Source: Phoronis australis
Taxonomy: Eukaryota; Animalia; Phoronida
Assembly (NCBI GenBank): GCA_002633005.1
Contig: NMRA01000012.1
Coordinates: forward strand, 1-64,000
Length of the DNA stretch: 64,000 bases
Reading direction: 5' to 3'
Shown here: positions 1-13,774 of the stretch, one piece after another
How the letters are laid out: each line of letters begins with the position of its first letter
How positions within the stretch are numbered: the stretch's first letter is position 1
Notes under the pieces: generated by a model
Database searches by the model: none
What the model saw: the letters and a program-made list of their open reading frames with translations, nothing else
Told to the model about the DNA's origin: nothing
Program-made: the position numbers and the translations under genes

Positions 1-331
1 CGAGATTCGTCCAAGAATGAATTTTTTCTATTGGAATTAATTTTCAGTGTCCGAAAATCACGCGACTTTACCGTACCGATGAAGCACTGCCAACTAGTAC
101 CCGCGGACCTCGGGACGGTGCGCATGGAAGGTTCCAGGAGTCCAGGACCTGTATGAGAGGCTACTTTGTGTTCACCTGTGTTGTAAAAATACCAAGGGAC
201 GTTGATGACCTGTATGCGAGATATCCTGGTGTTCACCTTCCTGGTGGCGTGCCCGTTCAGTAGGCAAGGGGGGAATGTTATAGATGTGCTTCCGGTGAAT
301 CATATGAGCCTCTGTTAGCTAATGGGCAATT

Positions 332-401
332 GCCTATTAGCTGAATGGTTAGCACGCTTGCTGGTTTTATGGGGGTCGCTGGTTCGATTCCCGGGTCGGG
401 T
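332..401 (+). mobile_element. tRNA-derived SINE head or tRNA pseudogene
   Basis: Pol III A-box TAGCTGAATGG (338-348) and B-box GGTTCGATTCC (381-391) at tRNA-like spacing; acceptor and anticodon stems do not pair well. Confidence 0.55.
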
Positions 402-850
402 AATCTCGGCTATTACTACAAGTTCTTTTCTTGAAGTCAGGGTCAAGTTTTCATGGCGAGTTTTGGATTGTCTGGACAGCCTAAGTTTTATCGTTTGGGA
501 AATCGATGCTTTTGAAGTTGCGCAATATGCCCCCCATCCCTGATTTTTAAATGGACAATTTATCACTCTTTTAATTGATAATTATTTCATTTTCAGAAAT
601 TCTGTCAAACTGCTGCGCATTGGCACTTTTCAAACAGCAGTCGTTAGTTCACCAAGTCGCCGCATGTCAGCGCCACGAGTGGCTACGTTGAAGTTCAATG
701 GCATCGCAACTTTGCTTTTCAAAATAAAGTTGTTACAAAAAGTTTTGTTGCGTAAATGATGAAATTCTTCATGTTAAGAATGATTTGTTTTCCCAAATGG
801 TCTTTTGTCTACTTTCTGATGTTTTTTTGCCATGATACGATCGAATAGTA

Positions 851-1110
851 CATGGGTAGCGCCGCAGCACTGAAAAAAGTGGGGCTATATAGCCTCCTCC
901 ACCCCCCTATCAGGCTATGATGTGCTGCTTATGTAGTAGTACTCATGGGCAGATCCAGGATTTTTAGTTAGGAGGGGGGGGCAGGGCAAAGTATTAGGCA
1001 GGATTTTATCCATGAGATATTTGCACCCTCAAGCTGCCAAATAAAATCTGGGAGAATTTTAAGGGGGCCATGAGCTGGCCCTCTTGCCCCCCCCCCAAAT
1101 CCACCAATCT
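851..1110. repeat. Two short hAT-like MITE remnants
   Basis: CATGGGTAGCGCCGCAGCACTGAAAAAAGTGGGGCTA (851) resembles 39402-39545; CATGGGCAGATCCAGGATTTTT (943) ...CCCCCCAAATCCACCAAT (about 1108) is a second degenerate TIR pair. Confidence 0.45.
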
Positions 1111-3415
1111 TATCTTGTGGTATGATGTGAAATTTCCTCCTAGCTCAGATGTTTGTATTTATTTCTAAGCTGATGTGCTGTCTTTGCTCTATTCCTTTTA
1201 AGCCATTGTTTTCATCAAACATGTCATGGGGTTGATGCTCCTGTTCCATATATGCAAACAACACATTTAAACAGCAATATCTCTGTAAAAAATTGATCCA
1301 AATTGTATGTAATACATACCACCATGTTCGTCTCAATGAGACAAATCGTTTGATATGCAACACATATATTTTTTTATTTTTTACAAAATTATGTAAAAAG
1401 GCAGATATTTTATACATAATCGTCTCGTTTCAATGGCCATTTTCTCAGTAACCGCTCACCCAATTTTTATGGTTTTTGCACCATTTCATTTCTCACAACA
1501 AGGGCTTTTCAAAAATGTATGACACGTGGGCATTGTAAAAAAAATTAAAAGACGTCCTCCCTACTGTTATGTACTATAATATATAGTATCGCGCCTGTTA
1601 TTGACATCATCCGCTTGCCGTTATGTATTATAATATATAGAAGGTTACTCTGTGAGTTAACTGTATGAAGACTATCGTCAAAATGCAGCTAGGTACCACT
1701 GATTGTGTGTTGAGCGCCGATAGATGTCCAAATAGCACGCAACCTGGGTAGTTCTACTCATCATGTTCGGTTTGCTAGTATCAAAATTCTATTAAAAAAC
1801 TTATGATGTGAAACCAGTTTCAATAATTTTTGTGACGTGTACATAATATGAAAGAATAACTGTTGATTGAAGAATCAGGAAGAAAAGAAACTGGCCAATA
1901 GGTGCCGCAATATTTCATGGCGCCGACAGCGGAAACAAAGGATTGCACCACAATTTTAGCAGCAGAATAACATAAGAAAGTCATATTTTTGCAACACCGG
2001 TAAATGATTTAGTTTACTGAAGGAAGAGCATAGTTTTTAATGGGAGCAAAAACAAGCACGGGTGCGCGTTATTGCAATTGAGGTGTGGAGCTCACTGTAT
2101 CAAGGTAAATCTTGTTTTTGTTTGTTGAAACATCGCCGACTGAGGATGTTTTTTTTTTCTATTTTACATTTGTAACGGCCAGTAAAGCCTGTGCCGATTT
2201 GCTACCAAGTACGCACTGCTTTCACATGTCTGGGTAGTCACACGGCAATTGCTCACTCCAGGCTGGTACTTTGCATCAGTTTCACGATATGGCGATAAAG
2301 ATAAGAATTTGCTGATTTAGAAATTTATTTCCTCTAATTTATTACCTAAACGGGTACTGTTGCTGAAATTTGACGTACCCTCGCGATGAGTCAGGGCTGA
2401 CCTCAGTAATTGTTGGCTGCAGGAGATGTGCGTGCTTCTCAAACTTATGATAATGCATTAAATACCATTCATCATATACAAAGAACAGGTAAAATTTGGA
2501 CAATAAATAATCAAGTTTGTATAAAAAGAACCAAACTGAAAATCACAAACAACCAAACAAAGTAACAAAGCATTTAAGCTCACGGTGATGTCAATAAGTT
2601 TTCAAGGACACCATGACTGTCATTCAGGAATCCTTCCTAAACTGATGCATAGGAACTCAGGTCACGGAAATAGATGGGAATAGTCAATGATTTTCTGATC
2701 TCGACTGAGCTACAAAATTGTGCTCTAAAAGTCTTTTAGTTTGATCGCAGAAAGTATGTGAACATTATGCCATGTTACATATTACTTAATTTGGTATGTA
2801 TTTTTAAGTTTTTGGACTAGATTGCCCTTTGAGATGAGGGTTTCTCGAACCTTTTTCGCAAAAATTGGCCGTTTCTGCAATATTTACATATATGTCTAGC
2901 AAAATATCTTCATTCTCATGGAACTTCACGAGTAGCGAGAAAAAGATTCAGCAGAACCATCTTGGAACCGCACAGCTGTGTGGAAATTAATTTACTACTT
3001 ATTTGAAATCAAGGGTTACAGGGCAATCACTCAAATTGAATCTCCCGCCAGGAGATAGAGTGATGCCGGGGAAAATAAAGACAAAGCATAGTTTCATGCT
3101 GAGCAAGTTGTGACTCTGCGTGCATACGACCATTGAAAACGAATGCTCCGAGTCGCTGCACGCTTCTGTGACTTTTTGAACAGAGATAAATCCTCATTTG
3201 ATAGGTAACTTGACATTTCGCTGTCTTGACTTCATGCTCACAACTCGCTTTAGCACCGACTCTATTCCTGTTGCCCATTTTGTACTTGGTTTCCTATCAG
3301 TCTCTCGACACATGGTGTGATTTGTTGACCTATTTTTAAGTAGGTCAACAGTTTATCCCGCCTTGGCTGGAGACAGTCACAAAACTAAAACGTTTTAGTG
3401 AGGATGAAGTTAATT

Positions 3416-3952
3416 CAGGGCTTGGAATTTTCCGCGGAAACGCGGATTTCCGCCTTTTTCAAATGTTCTGTCCGCGCATTTTATTATATTTCTGCATAAA
3501 AAATCGGATTTGATATAAAATTTCCGCGGCAAATTCCTTTCTTACCGCGGCGTTGCAGACGACGTTCACCTCGAAAAGCGGAAGTTGCTCTTTATGTTTC
3601 GGAGGAATGTAAATTGTCAACATTGCCGGGGCGTCTGGGAGAGCGTGGTGGGATTTTCAATGGCGCCTCGTGTTATTGTAAACCGCGGCGACAAATACTA
3701 CGGCTCTGCAGCCAAAAATGTGTGGGTTGGGAGTGGACGGATGAGCTAAAAGGACGCAGACGCATGCTAGTGATGGTGTTAAGGTTTTTTTAAATTTTTT
3801 AAAAATTTTTTTTAAATTTTCTTTTATTTTTTTTAGTCCTTCCGATTTTTGTCGGGGAAAGGTTCACATCGACCATTTCAAGGCTGGGTAGCGCGCATGA
3901 TTTGGGCCGTAAAAGTTTCCGCTTTTTTTGTCATTGGTCATTCCAAGCCCTG
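3416..3952. mobile_element. MITE with CAGGGCTTGG TIR and 6-bp TSD (hAT-like), copy 1
   Basis: CAGGGCTTGGAA...TTCCAAGCCCTG flanked by TTAATT on both sides; highly similar to 9675-10195. Confidence 0.85.
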
Positions 3953-4460
3953 TTAATTACACACTGCAAATTCAGTTGTCGTTGCAAGTGAATGTTGAAA
4001 TAGCAAACATGGTTAAGGCACGTATAGGACATATTGACCAAAAGCAAGTTTTCACCGAAAAATTAACATTTGTCGACATCAATACCAATACCTCCAAATT
4101 TTCCTAATTCAATCTACAACATTCATGACAAAGTGCAGCTGCCAACTATCTCCATTCATGTCAACCAATGCACATGCTGGTTAGGCAGCTTACATCATTG
4201 CCAGTGAATGCTTTCATTGACTGAAAACTGCAACATTAGATGCAGAGTCCACGGCGACACAAAGAGATTCATGATGGTAATTTGCAATTTCACAAGCTGA
4301 CCACAGTACGACCTGATGTGATGAGATCATTAGATTATGGTTGATTCTGGTCTGTAAATCGACTCATTTTGAGACCGCCTTTTAAATTCGTTATTTAGTC
4401 ATATATGTGTGCTTCTGTGGTTGTACTTGACTAGGAGGAACGGCAAGAAATTCGAAAGCT

Positions 4461-4902
4461 CCAGTGCCCGATTGCATGAAACAGTTCCAAATAGGGACTC
4501 GACTAAGTTCCTTAAATCTTCTGCGTACTTGTGGGCTTATGTAGATTCACTGATCATCCTTTTTATGGGATTTGAGTCTGCTAACTAAGTCAGTATGTGA
4601 CTTTGATATAAATCGCGAGTGAAGTCTACATTGAATGATCAATATTATTGAAATTAAGTAGGGATCTTTTCATGTAATGTCCCTAATTTAAGTACTAATT
4701 GCCTAATTATTTTGACTTAATTAAGGACTCAAATTATAGTTATATTGTTAGAAAATGTCATTGGTCAAAGAGGAGCTCATACTAATGATGAAATGATAGA
4801 AAAATACTACATCTGTGAGTAAAGAATGAAACAAATTCGCAAAAGATTTAAGGAACTTAGTTGAGTCTCTATATGGGACTGCTTCATGCAACAGGGCACC
4901 GG
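4461..4902. mobile_element. PIF/Harbinger-like MITE upstream of the BMS1 start codon
   Basis: About 60-bp imperfect TIRs: CCAGTGCCCGATTGCATGAAACAGTTCC...CTAAGTTCCTTAAATCTT versus AAGATTTAAGGAACTTAG...GCTTCATGCAACAGGGCACCGG; AT-rich non-coding interior. Confidence 0.7.
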
Positions 4903-5077
4903 AAACGTTTGCCTATTTTGCTTTTACGCAACCAGCGTGCAAGCTTGCTAACCATGCAGTTGATAGCGAGTGGCTAACAGAGGTTCACGGGAAATATGTC
5001 TACATCAGTGGTTACCCCAATGCATTTGGTCACTTGTGATATGTGTTACAAATTAATAAATATTTTTCTCTATAGCC

Positions 5078-8000
5078 ATGGAGGAATCTGCACCCAAAAA
5101 GCAGCATCGCCAGCCCCACAGTGGGCCAAAGGCAGAAAAGAAAAAGGCGAAGACTCAACATAACCAGGAGCTTACAGACAGACAGCGGAATCCAAAAGCC
5201 TTCTCTTATCACTCTGTAAACAAAGTTGCAAAGGCTGTCCGCAGGTATTGACACTGTAGCAGAGAGTGATTTTTATTTTGTGCAGATGTACTTTATCATG
5301 TTACCCGTGAATAAAACATGGCATTGTTTCATTTTGGCATTTTCTCGCAAAATAAGTTTGAGGCTAACACTTGTTGCTTTAAGAAATCACACAATCGTGT
5401 TATGTCGGTATTTATCCAGATATCATGCACAATCATATTTTTAATTTCTTATACCTATTACTGTATTTATTATTGTACTTATGTATACTATCAAATAAAC
5501 TAATAATAATATTTCTAATCCCTAGAAGGAGGAATGTGTTCTGGCTACTCAATATGTATTCAGAGCATTTGTCATTAATGTGCTTTTGTGTTAGCAATGA
5601 AAAAAATTAATCTGTGTCTTAGTTTATATTTTGAACCTTAGTTGGCTTTTCTGTCATCCATGTTCTCTTTGAGTAATCCTATAATTATTATAAGTTTGTT
5701 TGCATGCTTGTGTTTATTTGGGATGTTTTCTTATAACCTAATAACGACTAGTACGTTTGCATGGTTACTTTCAATGGTAAACCATTTACTTACTGTTCTT
5801 GCTTATGAAGATGCATCGGTAACTGTTATTGTCTAAATGTAAAGTGTTTATTTATTTCAGGACTTTGGACATACAAGTGAAAAAGCAACACATACCTGTT
5901 GTGGACAGAACTCCTGTAGAACCTCCGCCCATTGTAGTCGTTGTTGTTGGCCCTCCTAAAGTGGGCAAGACCACGTTGATAAACTGTCTGATCAAGAACT
6001 TCACTCGTCAGAAACTGACCACCATACAAGGCCCTGTGACCATTGTATCAGGTATGCTTGTGAATACGGCACAGCTTAGATATTGAGGATATTCAACTGA
6101 CCGTGGTCAGAACGTTAAACAAGAACTAAGTTACGCAGAGGAAAATTTGCCTCCATTGAGATTAATTGTAGTGTCCATTCTTTCTTGTACTTTGACTTAA
6201 AATCTTAGTGCACTTTGACAGAAGTGCCTCTCTGGTGCAGAGTTCGTTAAAAACGATATGACATTAATTGGTAGATCATTGCTAAGATGCGATCTGCACA
6301 CAAGGAGTATTTTTAGACAATACGAGCAATGCAGAAAGAAGTTATCTAGCAATCAATGTGGTATTGTTTTTAACAAACTCTGCACCAGTTTGACTTCTTA
6401 AGATATCTGTGAATGTCCATTGATTGATAATTTGCAATGACCATTTTGACTACTACTATTTTGCATTTCAAAATTGGTTTATTTATCCAATGGCGTCCTG
6501 TTATGCAGGTAAAAAGAAACGGTTGACAATTATAGAGTGCAACAGTGACATCAACTGCATGATTGACCTGGCTAAGATCGCCGATCTGGTTCTGTTGCTT
6601 GTCGACGCCAGCTTCGGCTTTGAGATGGAGACTTTTGAATTTCTCAACATCTGCCAAGTGCACGGATTTCCCAAGATAATGGGAGTGCTGACCCACCTGG
6701 ACATGTTTAGGAATACCAAGGTCCTCAGGAAGACTAAAAAGAAATTGAAACATCGGTTCTGGACTGAGATTTATCAGGTGGGTGACCCTTGTGAAGTTTG
6801 CTTCCTAGGTCATCAATTGTTTTAAACTGGTATTACAAATGGCATTGTAAGTTTCCTGAAAACTTGCAGTCATATAAGCTTATGCCAGACAACACAGTTA
6901 AAAGGAAAAGACATTCTTGCTTTGTTTCTACTACATGGTAAATAGTACTCTATTGTCGAAAAATAGATGTGCCAGGTTTTTATTTCATTACAAAAGACAA
7001 GATATGTAAAATCTTCTATTCTACATGGAGTTAGTTTACGGACAGTCAAAACTTTGGTTTGGGTGTCTGGTTAAAATGTTTTCTATTACTTTGGACACCT
7101 GTTTTCATCCATTCTCTGTGAATCCCGCAGTGAGTTATTACATGCACACCTTGCTCCAACTGTGAACCTGTTGTGTTTGTTTTTTGAATGATTTAAATGT
7201 CATTTAGCTTTGTTGATTTCCTTACTCCATAAGTTATACTAATTTCCATATTTCAGGGAGCCAAGCTATTTTACCTATCTGGCATGGTGAATGGGGAATA
7301 TCAGAAGACAGAAGTCCACAACTTAGGTCGGTTCATCTCGGTGATGAAATTCAGGCCCCTACAGTGGAGAAATACTCACCCGTATCTTCTGGCAGACAGG
7401 TGAGTTTTTGATAACAACTCTTGGATCATCATGTTGATAGGTGGATGCCTATGGACATAATTTGGACAAAGAATTACACTGCGTGCCCAGAACTTACAAT
7501 AAGACCAAATGCTTTGACTACTCTGTTAGCTGTGCATTAGAGTATTGTTGTGGGGTTTGAGGCTATAAATGTTTCTCACAATTTGAAATGGTTCGTTTTA
7601 GAGCCATTTGACTTAGAGTGCACAAGCATACCGTCAATGCAGTCTTATATGGAGACACCAGCTGGGCAACAGCAGTTTGCAAACAACTAGATCTGAAATG
7701 GAATTGTTTGATTGTGGTGGATGAAAACAGAATTGCAAAATGTTTGTTTATTCATGATAATAATTATGTAAAAATAACTGGAGCTCATCTGTCAAACATA
7801 TACGTCAGAGGTTTAAATGCTCCATGCATTTACTTCAAATTATGTGATTGCTTTTGAAGAATATTATGGTAATTTATGTTTTGAAAAAAGAGGAAAGGGA
7901 GTGGAGTGACTTAATTGGCTTGAAACTATATTGAAAATTATGTGTTTCTTCCCGCTACATTGAGATTTGTGTTAGCACAGTTGTGATCAGGAATTTTGAC

Positions 8001-11000
8001 ATTAGAGGAGGGAAATCAGGGAGGATTTTGAGAACTCCATTAAATGAAAGATTACTTAAAGTATGTAACCAAAATAATAACGTAATGATAACGTAGTTTC
8101 CAAGTGAATGCTCCCTTGTAGACTTGTTTGTAAATTATTCAGAAGCTCTTGTGAAGCTTTTGTTAGGACACTGGATTGTCGTAGGAATTGCCTATGCTGT
8201 GTGTAACTGTTTGGGAGTTAACTGGTATCAGGTGACTTACAAGGCCAAGGGGCTGGGGATGTGTTGCTTATACCGTAAACTTAATTTGTTTTTGTATTGC
8301 ATTCTGCGATGCATCCATGTTACTGTAATAAATAATAATATATAAGGAAAACAAAATATATTGGGTACATACGGCAAAGTCATCTTTTGGTGGAAAAATA
8401 AACTAGAGGACTCTGACAGTTGTAGTTTTAGTTCATTCTCAGTGGTTATGCTGTTGCTAGTTTTGTCCCCACACTAGTGACAGTATATACTTGATTTAGC
8501 ATCCTTTTGTACTTGTTATCGGTAATATTGTAAAATCATAATGAATTTGTTGAAGTTACAATAATTCTTTTGGTGTATTTACCAGCTTCATTAACATTCA
8601 CTCATTCTTAGAAATCCTGCGTCTTTAGTGAATGTGGCATTGTTCACTGTATTTTAGAATGGAGGACCTCACTGACCCAGAACTGATTCGTCAGCATCCC
8701 AAATGCGACCGCAAGATTTCCTTGTATGGCTACACAAGAGGAGTTCACTTCAAAAACAACATGTCCATTCACATACCAGGTAAGAAGTAACGTTGTCTTA
8801 TAGTTCTTGGTAAAGATTTAATTATTTCATAGGCTTCGTCGAAAACATGACTTAACTTTTTGTTTGAAAACTTGATACAGATTCGCTCGTAGTGTCGACG
8901 CAATCTCCTTGCTTTGGGTGTGCAGTTACACCCGAAGAAAGGAGATTGTTTTGACACTGCGAGCAACTCTGTATTAAGTTTTCAAACAAAAAGTTTAATC
9001 GTGTTTTCAACAAATTTTGTGTTAACGAAGGGCTGCTACTAAACTATACTTATTTCATAAGGAAGTTATTTATTCCATTGGGAGTTGGATAAATTATGAC
9101 ATGCTTTGGGTGAGCGTCCCTCGGGGGAGGTTGGGTCTAGATAAGGGAGATGGCATTTGAAATCATGTAATAATCATTTCATCCGACACACTGAACTTTT
9201 AATTTTACAAAATCATACATTAAAGCAGCTATAAACCTACCTTCCATCACAAAAAAAACTTTTGATTTAGACCACTTTCCACTGAAAACCTGTCTCAAAT
9301 CGTTCTTGGACATGATTTCAGGGCTTAGAAATAGCTTACAGCTCCTTACTGATTGAGACCATGGTCTTCATGTTGGCTTGTCAATGCGTATCATTTATAT
9401 ACCAAGCATGATCTTTAGGAATACTCACCTGTCACTTCTTTGCAAGTCCAGAAATCAATTTTAGACCAATTTTATAACTGAAAGAGCTAAATCAAAATTT
9501 TGCTTCTTGGACAGAAAGCATGAGTATATAACCACTTTCGAAATAAATAGAAATGAGAGCATTCAATTTTCATCAAATGTGTTGTCATCCTTTTCACAAT
9601 GCAATGAATCTGATACAAGTGTTTTGTGTCAACTTAATAAGAAGCAGCTCGAAAACAGCCAACCAGAGTTTCTTCAGGGCTTGGAATTTTCCGTGGAAAC
9701 GCGGATTTCCGCTTTTTTCAAATTTTCTGTCCGCGCATTTTATTATATTTCCGCGTAAAAAAATCGGATTTGATATAAAATTTCCGCGGCAAATTCCTTT
9801 CTTACCGCGGCGTTGCTGACGACGTTCACCTCGAAAAGCGGAAGTTGCTCTTTATGTTTCGAAGGAACGTAAATTGTCAACATTGCCAGGGCATCTGGGA
9901 TAGCGTGGTGGGATTTTCAATGGTGTCTCGTGTGATTGTAAACCGCGGTGACAAATACTACGGCTCTGCAGCGAAAAATGTGTGGGGGTGGGAGTGGAGG
10001 AGTGGATGGACGAGATAAAAAGACGCAGACGCATGCTACTGATGGTGGTAACTTTTTTTATTTTCTTTTTTTTTAGTCCTACTGATTTTTGTTGGCGAAA
10101 GGTTCACATCGACTATTCCAAGGCTGGGTAGTAGCGCGCATGTTTTGGGCCGTAAAAGTTTCCGCGTTTTTTGTCATTGGTCATTTCAAGCCCTGTTTCT
10201 TGACACTTTGTTGTTTTAAAAGTATTCCGTTTGATAACTTGTTTATTGTACTGTAGGTGCTCATGATTTCATGCTGATGCTGTAATATCAGTTGTGTCAG
10301 ATTTCCTACTGTCCAGTCTTGATGATTCATATACATTGTTTGCAGGCTGTGGAGACTTTCAAGTCAAAGAAATCAGTAACCTGCCTGATCCTTGTCCATT
10401 GCCAGACAAGGAGAAGAAACGGTCACTGAACGAGAGGGAAAGGGTCATCTATGCACCCATGTCAGGAGTGGGTGGGATTGTGTATGATAAGGATGCTGTT
10501 TATATAGATTTGGGAGGAAGTCATTCCCACACTGCACAGGACCAAGAGGTAGGAGTTAGCTGAAACTGATGCTTGATGGACTTTTTATAAACTTCACCAA
10601 GTGTGAAATGAAACTATAATGTTACACCTAAACCTAATTTTTTTTTGCAACCGTCTCAGCAATGCTGTATGATATTCAATAGAAATGTTCATTTCTTTAC
10701 TGGGTATTTAGCATTTTTTTCAGCTCAGTGAAAAAATCTTGGAAATGGAATTTTCTGATGCTTAAAGCAAGTAGACTACATTTTGTTGTTTAAGTAGGTG
10801 ACTTTAATTCTCACGAGAACTTAAAAACCGCTGTCTAGCTCCATTGTATTGTAGCTTTATTCATGAAAGATGTTCTTCTTTGAACATGGGGTTGGTTTGC
10901 TTAGTCAGTATTTTTGTCAACATTCTACTAGTTCTGTTGTCCAAAAATGATTACACTGGTGAAGTGCATAACGTCAAAAATATTTTGATTTTCCAGATGG

Positions 11001-13734
11001 AAGCAGAGCCATCTAGTGAGCTGGTGTCATCACTCATCACCGCTGAACATACACTTGATGCCAAGATGGCCTCCAGTGAATTGTCCCTCTTCAAAGATAC
11101 AAAACCTATGACATCTGAAGATGCAGAGAGGTATTCTCAGGTTTAGAACTATTTGTTGTAAATTCATTATCAACGGTACTTGTATACTCGTACTTTAGAG
11201 CTGAAGTGTTTTTGTCATTTTTATTATGCACCTACATATTCGTATGTGGACACATTATGCTGTCATCCCCGTCCAGCCGTCCGTCCGTGCGGTGTCCGGC
11301 GTCCGCTGCTCTATCTCCAAAGCCATTCAACGTATGTTTATGAAATTTTGCTCACATGTTCCTTTCATGCATGGGACGGCATGAGCAAACTTTCGGACGG
11401 ATCTGACTACCGGTGTGTCCCCTAGTGGCAATTTTAGTTTTTATGTTTATCTCTGTATCTTCAAAGGTCCTCAACGTATTTTCATGAAAGTTTGCATATA
11501 GGCATCTGTAAGTGAGATGAGGCTATCCTCCCATTTTTGGATGGATTCGGCATAGTTTGTGCCACCTAGTGGCCATTTTTAATGTTTTCAAGCTGCTCTA
11601 AGGATGATAGTGAAAATTGGCATTTATGCTCTTACTATGAAGAGGATGGCTAACGATGATTTTCGGACAACTTTGACTACTGTGGCGCCTCCTAGTAGCA
11701 GTTTTGTTTCTTTGCGCCCATGACTGTATCTTCTAAACCGTTTGCAGGATTGCAGGATCCTTACTAAATTTAGCAAATGTAGTTATATGATGTTGGCAAC
11801 AGATGACGACAACTTTCAGACGGATCGGACTATCGGTGTGCCCCTAGTGGCAATTTTAGTTTTTTAGGCTTACCTCTGCATCTTCAAAGGTCCTCTATGG
11901 ATTTTCAGAAAATTTGGAATATAGGCATCTATTGGTGAGATGATGCTATCCTCCCATTTTAGGATGGAATCGAGGTACTTTGCGCCACCTCGTGGTCATT
12001 TTTGCTGTCTTTTGGTGTCCACCCCTCGATCAACCAAACCATTCTAAGGATGATTGTGAAAATTGACATATATGTTCTCAGTGTGAGAAAGACGGTTGAC
12101 GATGACGAATTTTGACTACTGTGGCTCCTCCTAGTGGTAGTTTTGTTTTGGTTTGCGCCCATAGCTGCATCTCCTAAACCCACTACAGGATCTTTATTAA
12201 ATTTAGTGATTGTTTTTTGTGAAGCTAACAACAGACAACCACGTCTTTCAGGCGGATCCAACAAACACTGTGCTTAATAGTGGCAATTTCATTTTTTCTG
12301 TTTTCCTTTGTTTCTCTGAAGTTCCTTGACAGATTTTTATGAAGTTTGGTAAATAGCTTTCTACTATAGAAGTGATGTTCCAGTTTTCAGATGGAATGGA
12401 TGTTTTTGCGTCATCTAGTGGCCATTTTTATGAAACAAGTAAACAACCGTTGAAGCACACCGTTTACGGTGCATTCGTGGGTGCATTTCAACTCTCCTCG
12501 TTGCTCTTGTTTGTCTGCAATGAAACCTTTTAACCTGGTCATTTACTGATTGATATTTTTCCCTATAAGAGTAAAAAATGAAGTTGCTGACTAGATAATT
12601 TGAACTTGTATGTCTTGGTTGATAAGTGAGTAAATATGATGCACAACTTTTTAAATGTATCAAGACACCACACACATCCCATTTATGATTTCTGTGTTTG
12701 TGTTTCATAGAATTACTATTCCAAGTGAAATGCTGGTACAGGATGAGACTGGTAGATCACGAAGAAAGGCTGTGTTTAATGATGAACCTGAAGATGGCGT
12801 TAGCAGCAGTGAAGGGGAGGAGGAGGATGGTGACAGTGATTTTGATGCTGACATTACAAATAAGGTGGAGTTCACTATATTTTATGGTTGTGTTCAGTGG
12901 CCTTGTGCAGCGTGGGATCATGAAGTCATTTTGCTTTGCTGCCAAGCAGTTTTTGTCCAAGATTCGTAACTAAGTTTCTTTTCATTTCTTCTTCAAAGCA
13001 TTTCTTCCTTGTTCAGCCGCCAAGTGCTTTATTTGGAATGATGTGTTATTTGTTTTTTGTACTAATCATGAACTGCTGAGCATAATAAGTTCTAGCTAAA
13101 TGTCGAGTTTCTGTAATGGTAATTCAGCTTCCTAAAGTTTTAGTAATCAAATATGAATGTGTTTTCAGTAGCTTTATGTCAGTTTAGGATTTTTTCCACT
13201 TTAGGACCAAGAATTTGATGTTGTACCCGCCAAAAGACTGAAAGTTATGGAAAGTGACAGTGAGGATGATAACGAACTGGACATTCAGATGTTTGCAAAT
13301 AAAAGCAAATTGAAACATGGCAGTGTTGCGCAGCAAGAAAAGGGTGGGATTAAGTCTGAAAAATCCAATTTAAAGATGGAAAAGGAACTAGAAGAAAGTG
13401 AAGATGAAGATATGGGCGAGGAAGGAGGGGCTGATGAAAGTGACCAATCAGATAGTGAGAGTCAGCAATCTCACGAATCAGACACTGCGGAAGAAATTAG
13501 TGCTAGGCCGAAAAGAGGCGGCAACAAGCTGCCAATTGAATCTGTTGGTGCAATGAATCTTGGCACGAAAAAGTCCAAGACAAAATATGCTAACAGGACA
13601 GATGTTGTGTCCTCTTTGAAGAGACGGGCTGATGATGGAAATGACAAAAGCAAAGATAGACCTGGTGCACTATCATCTGGTGATGAAAGTGAAGATAGTG
13701 TTGGTAGTAGTGAGGATGAAGATGATATGGATGG

Positions 13735-13774
<40 letters not shown>

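Noticed and set aside
332-401. Functional tRNA gene
   Set aside because: A and B boxes are present but the acceptor and anticodon stems do not form; better explained as a SINE head or pseudogene.
1566-1640. CRISPR-like repeat-spacer-repeat
   Set aside because: Only two AT-rich repeats, eukaryotic context, no cas genes.
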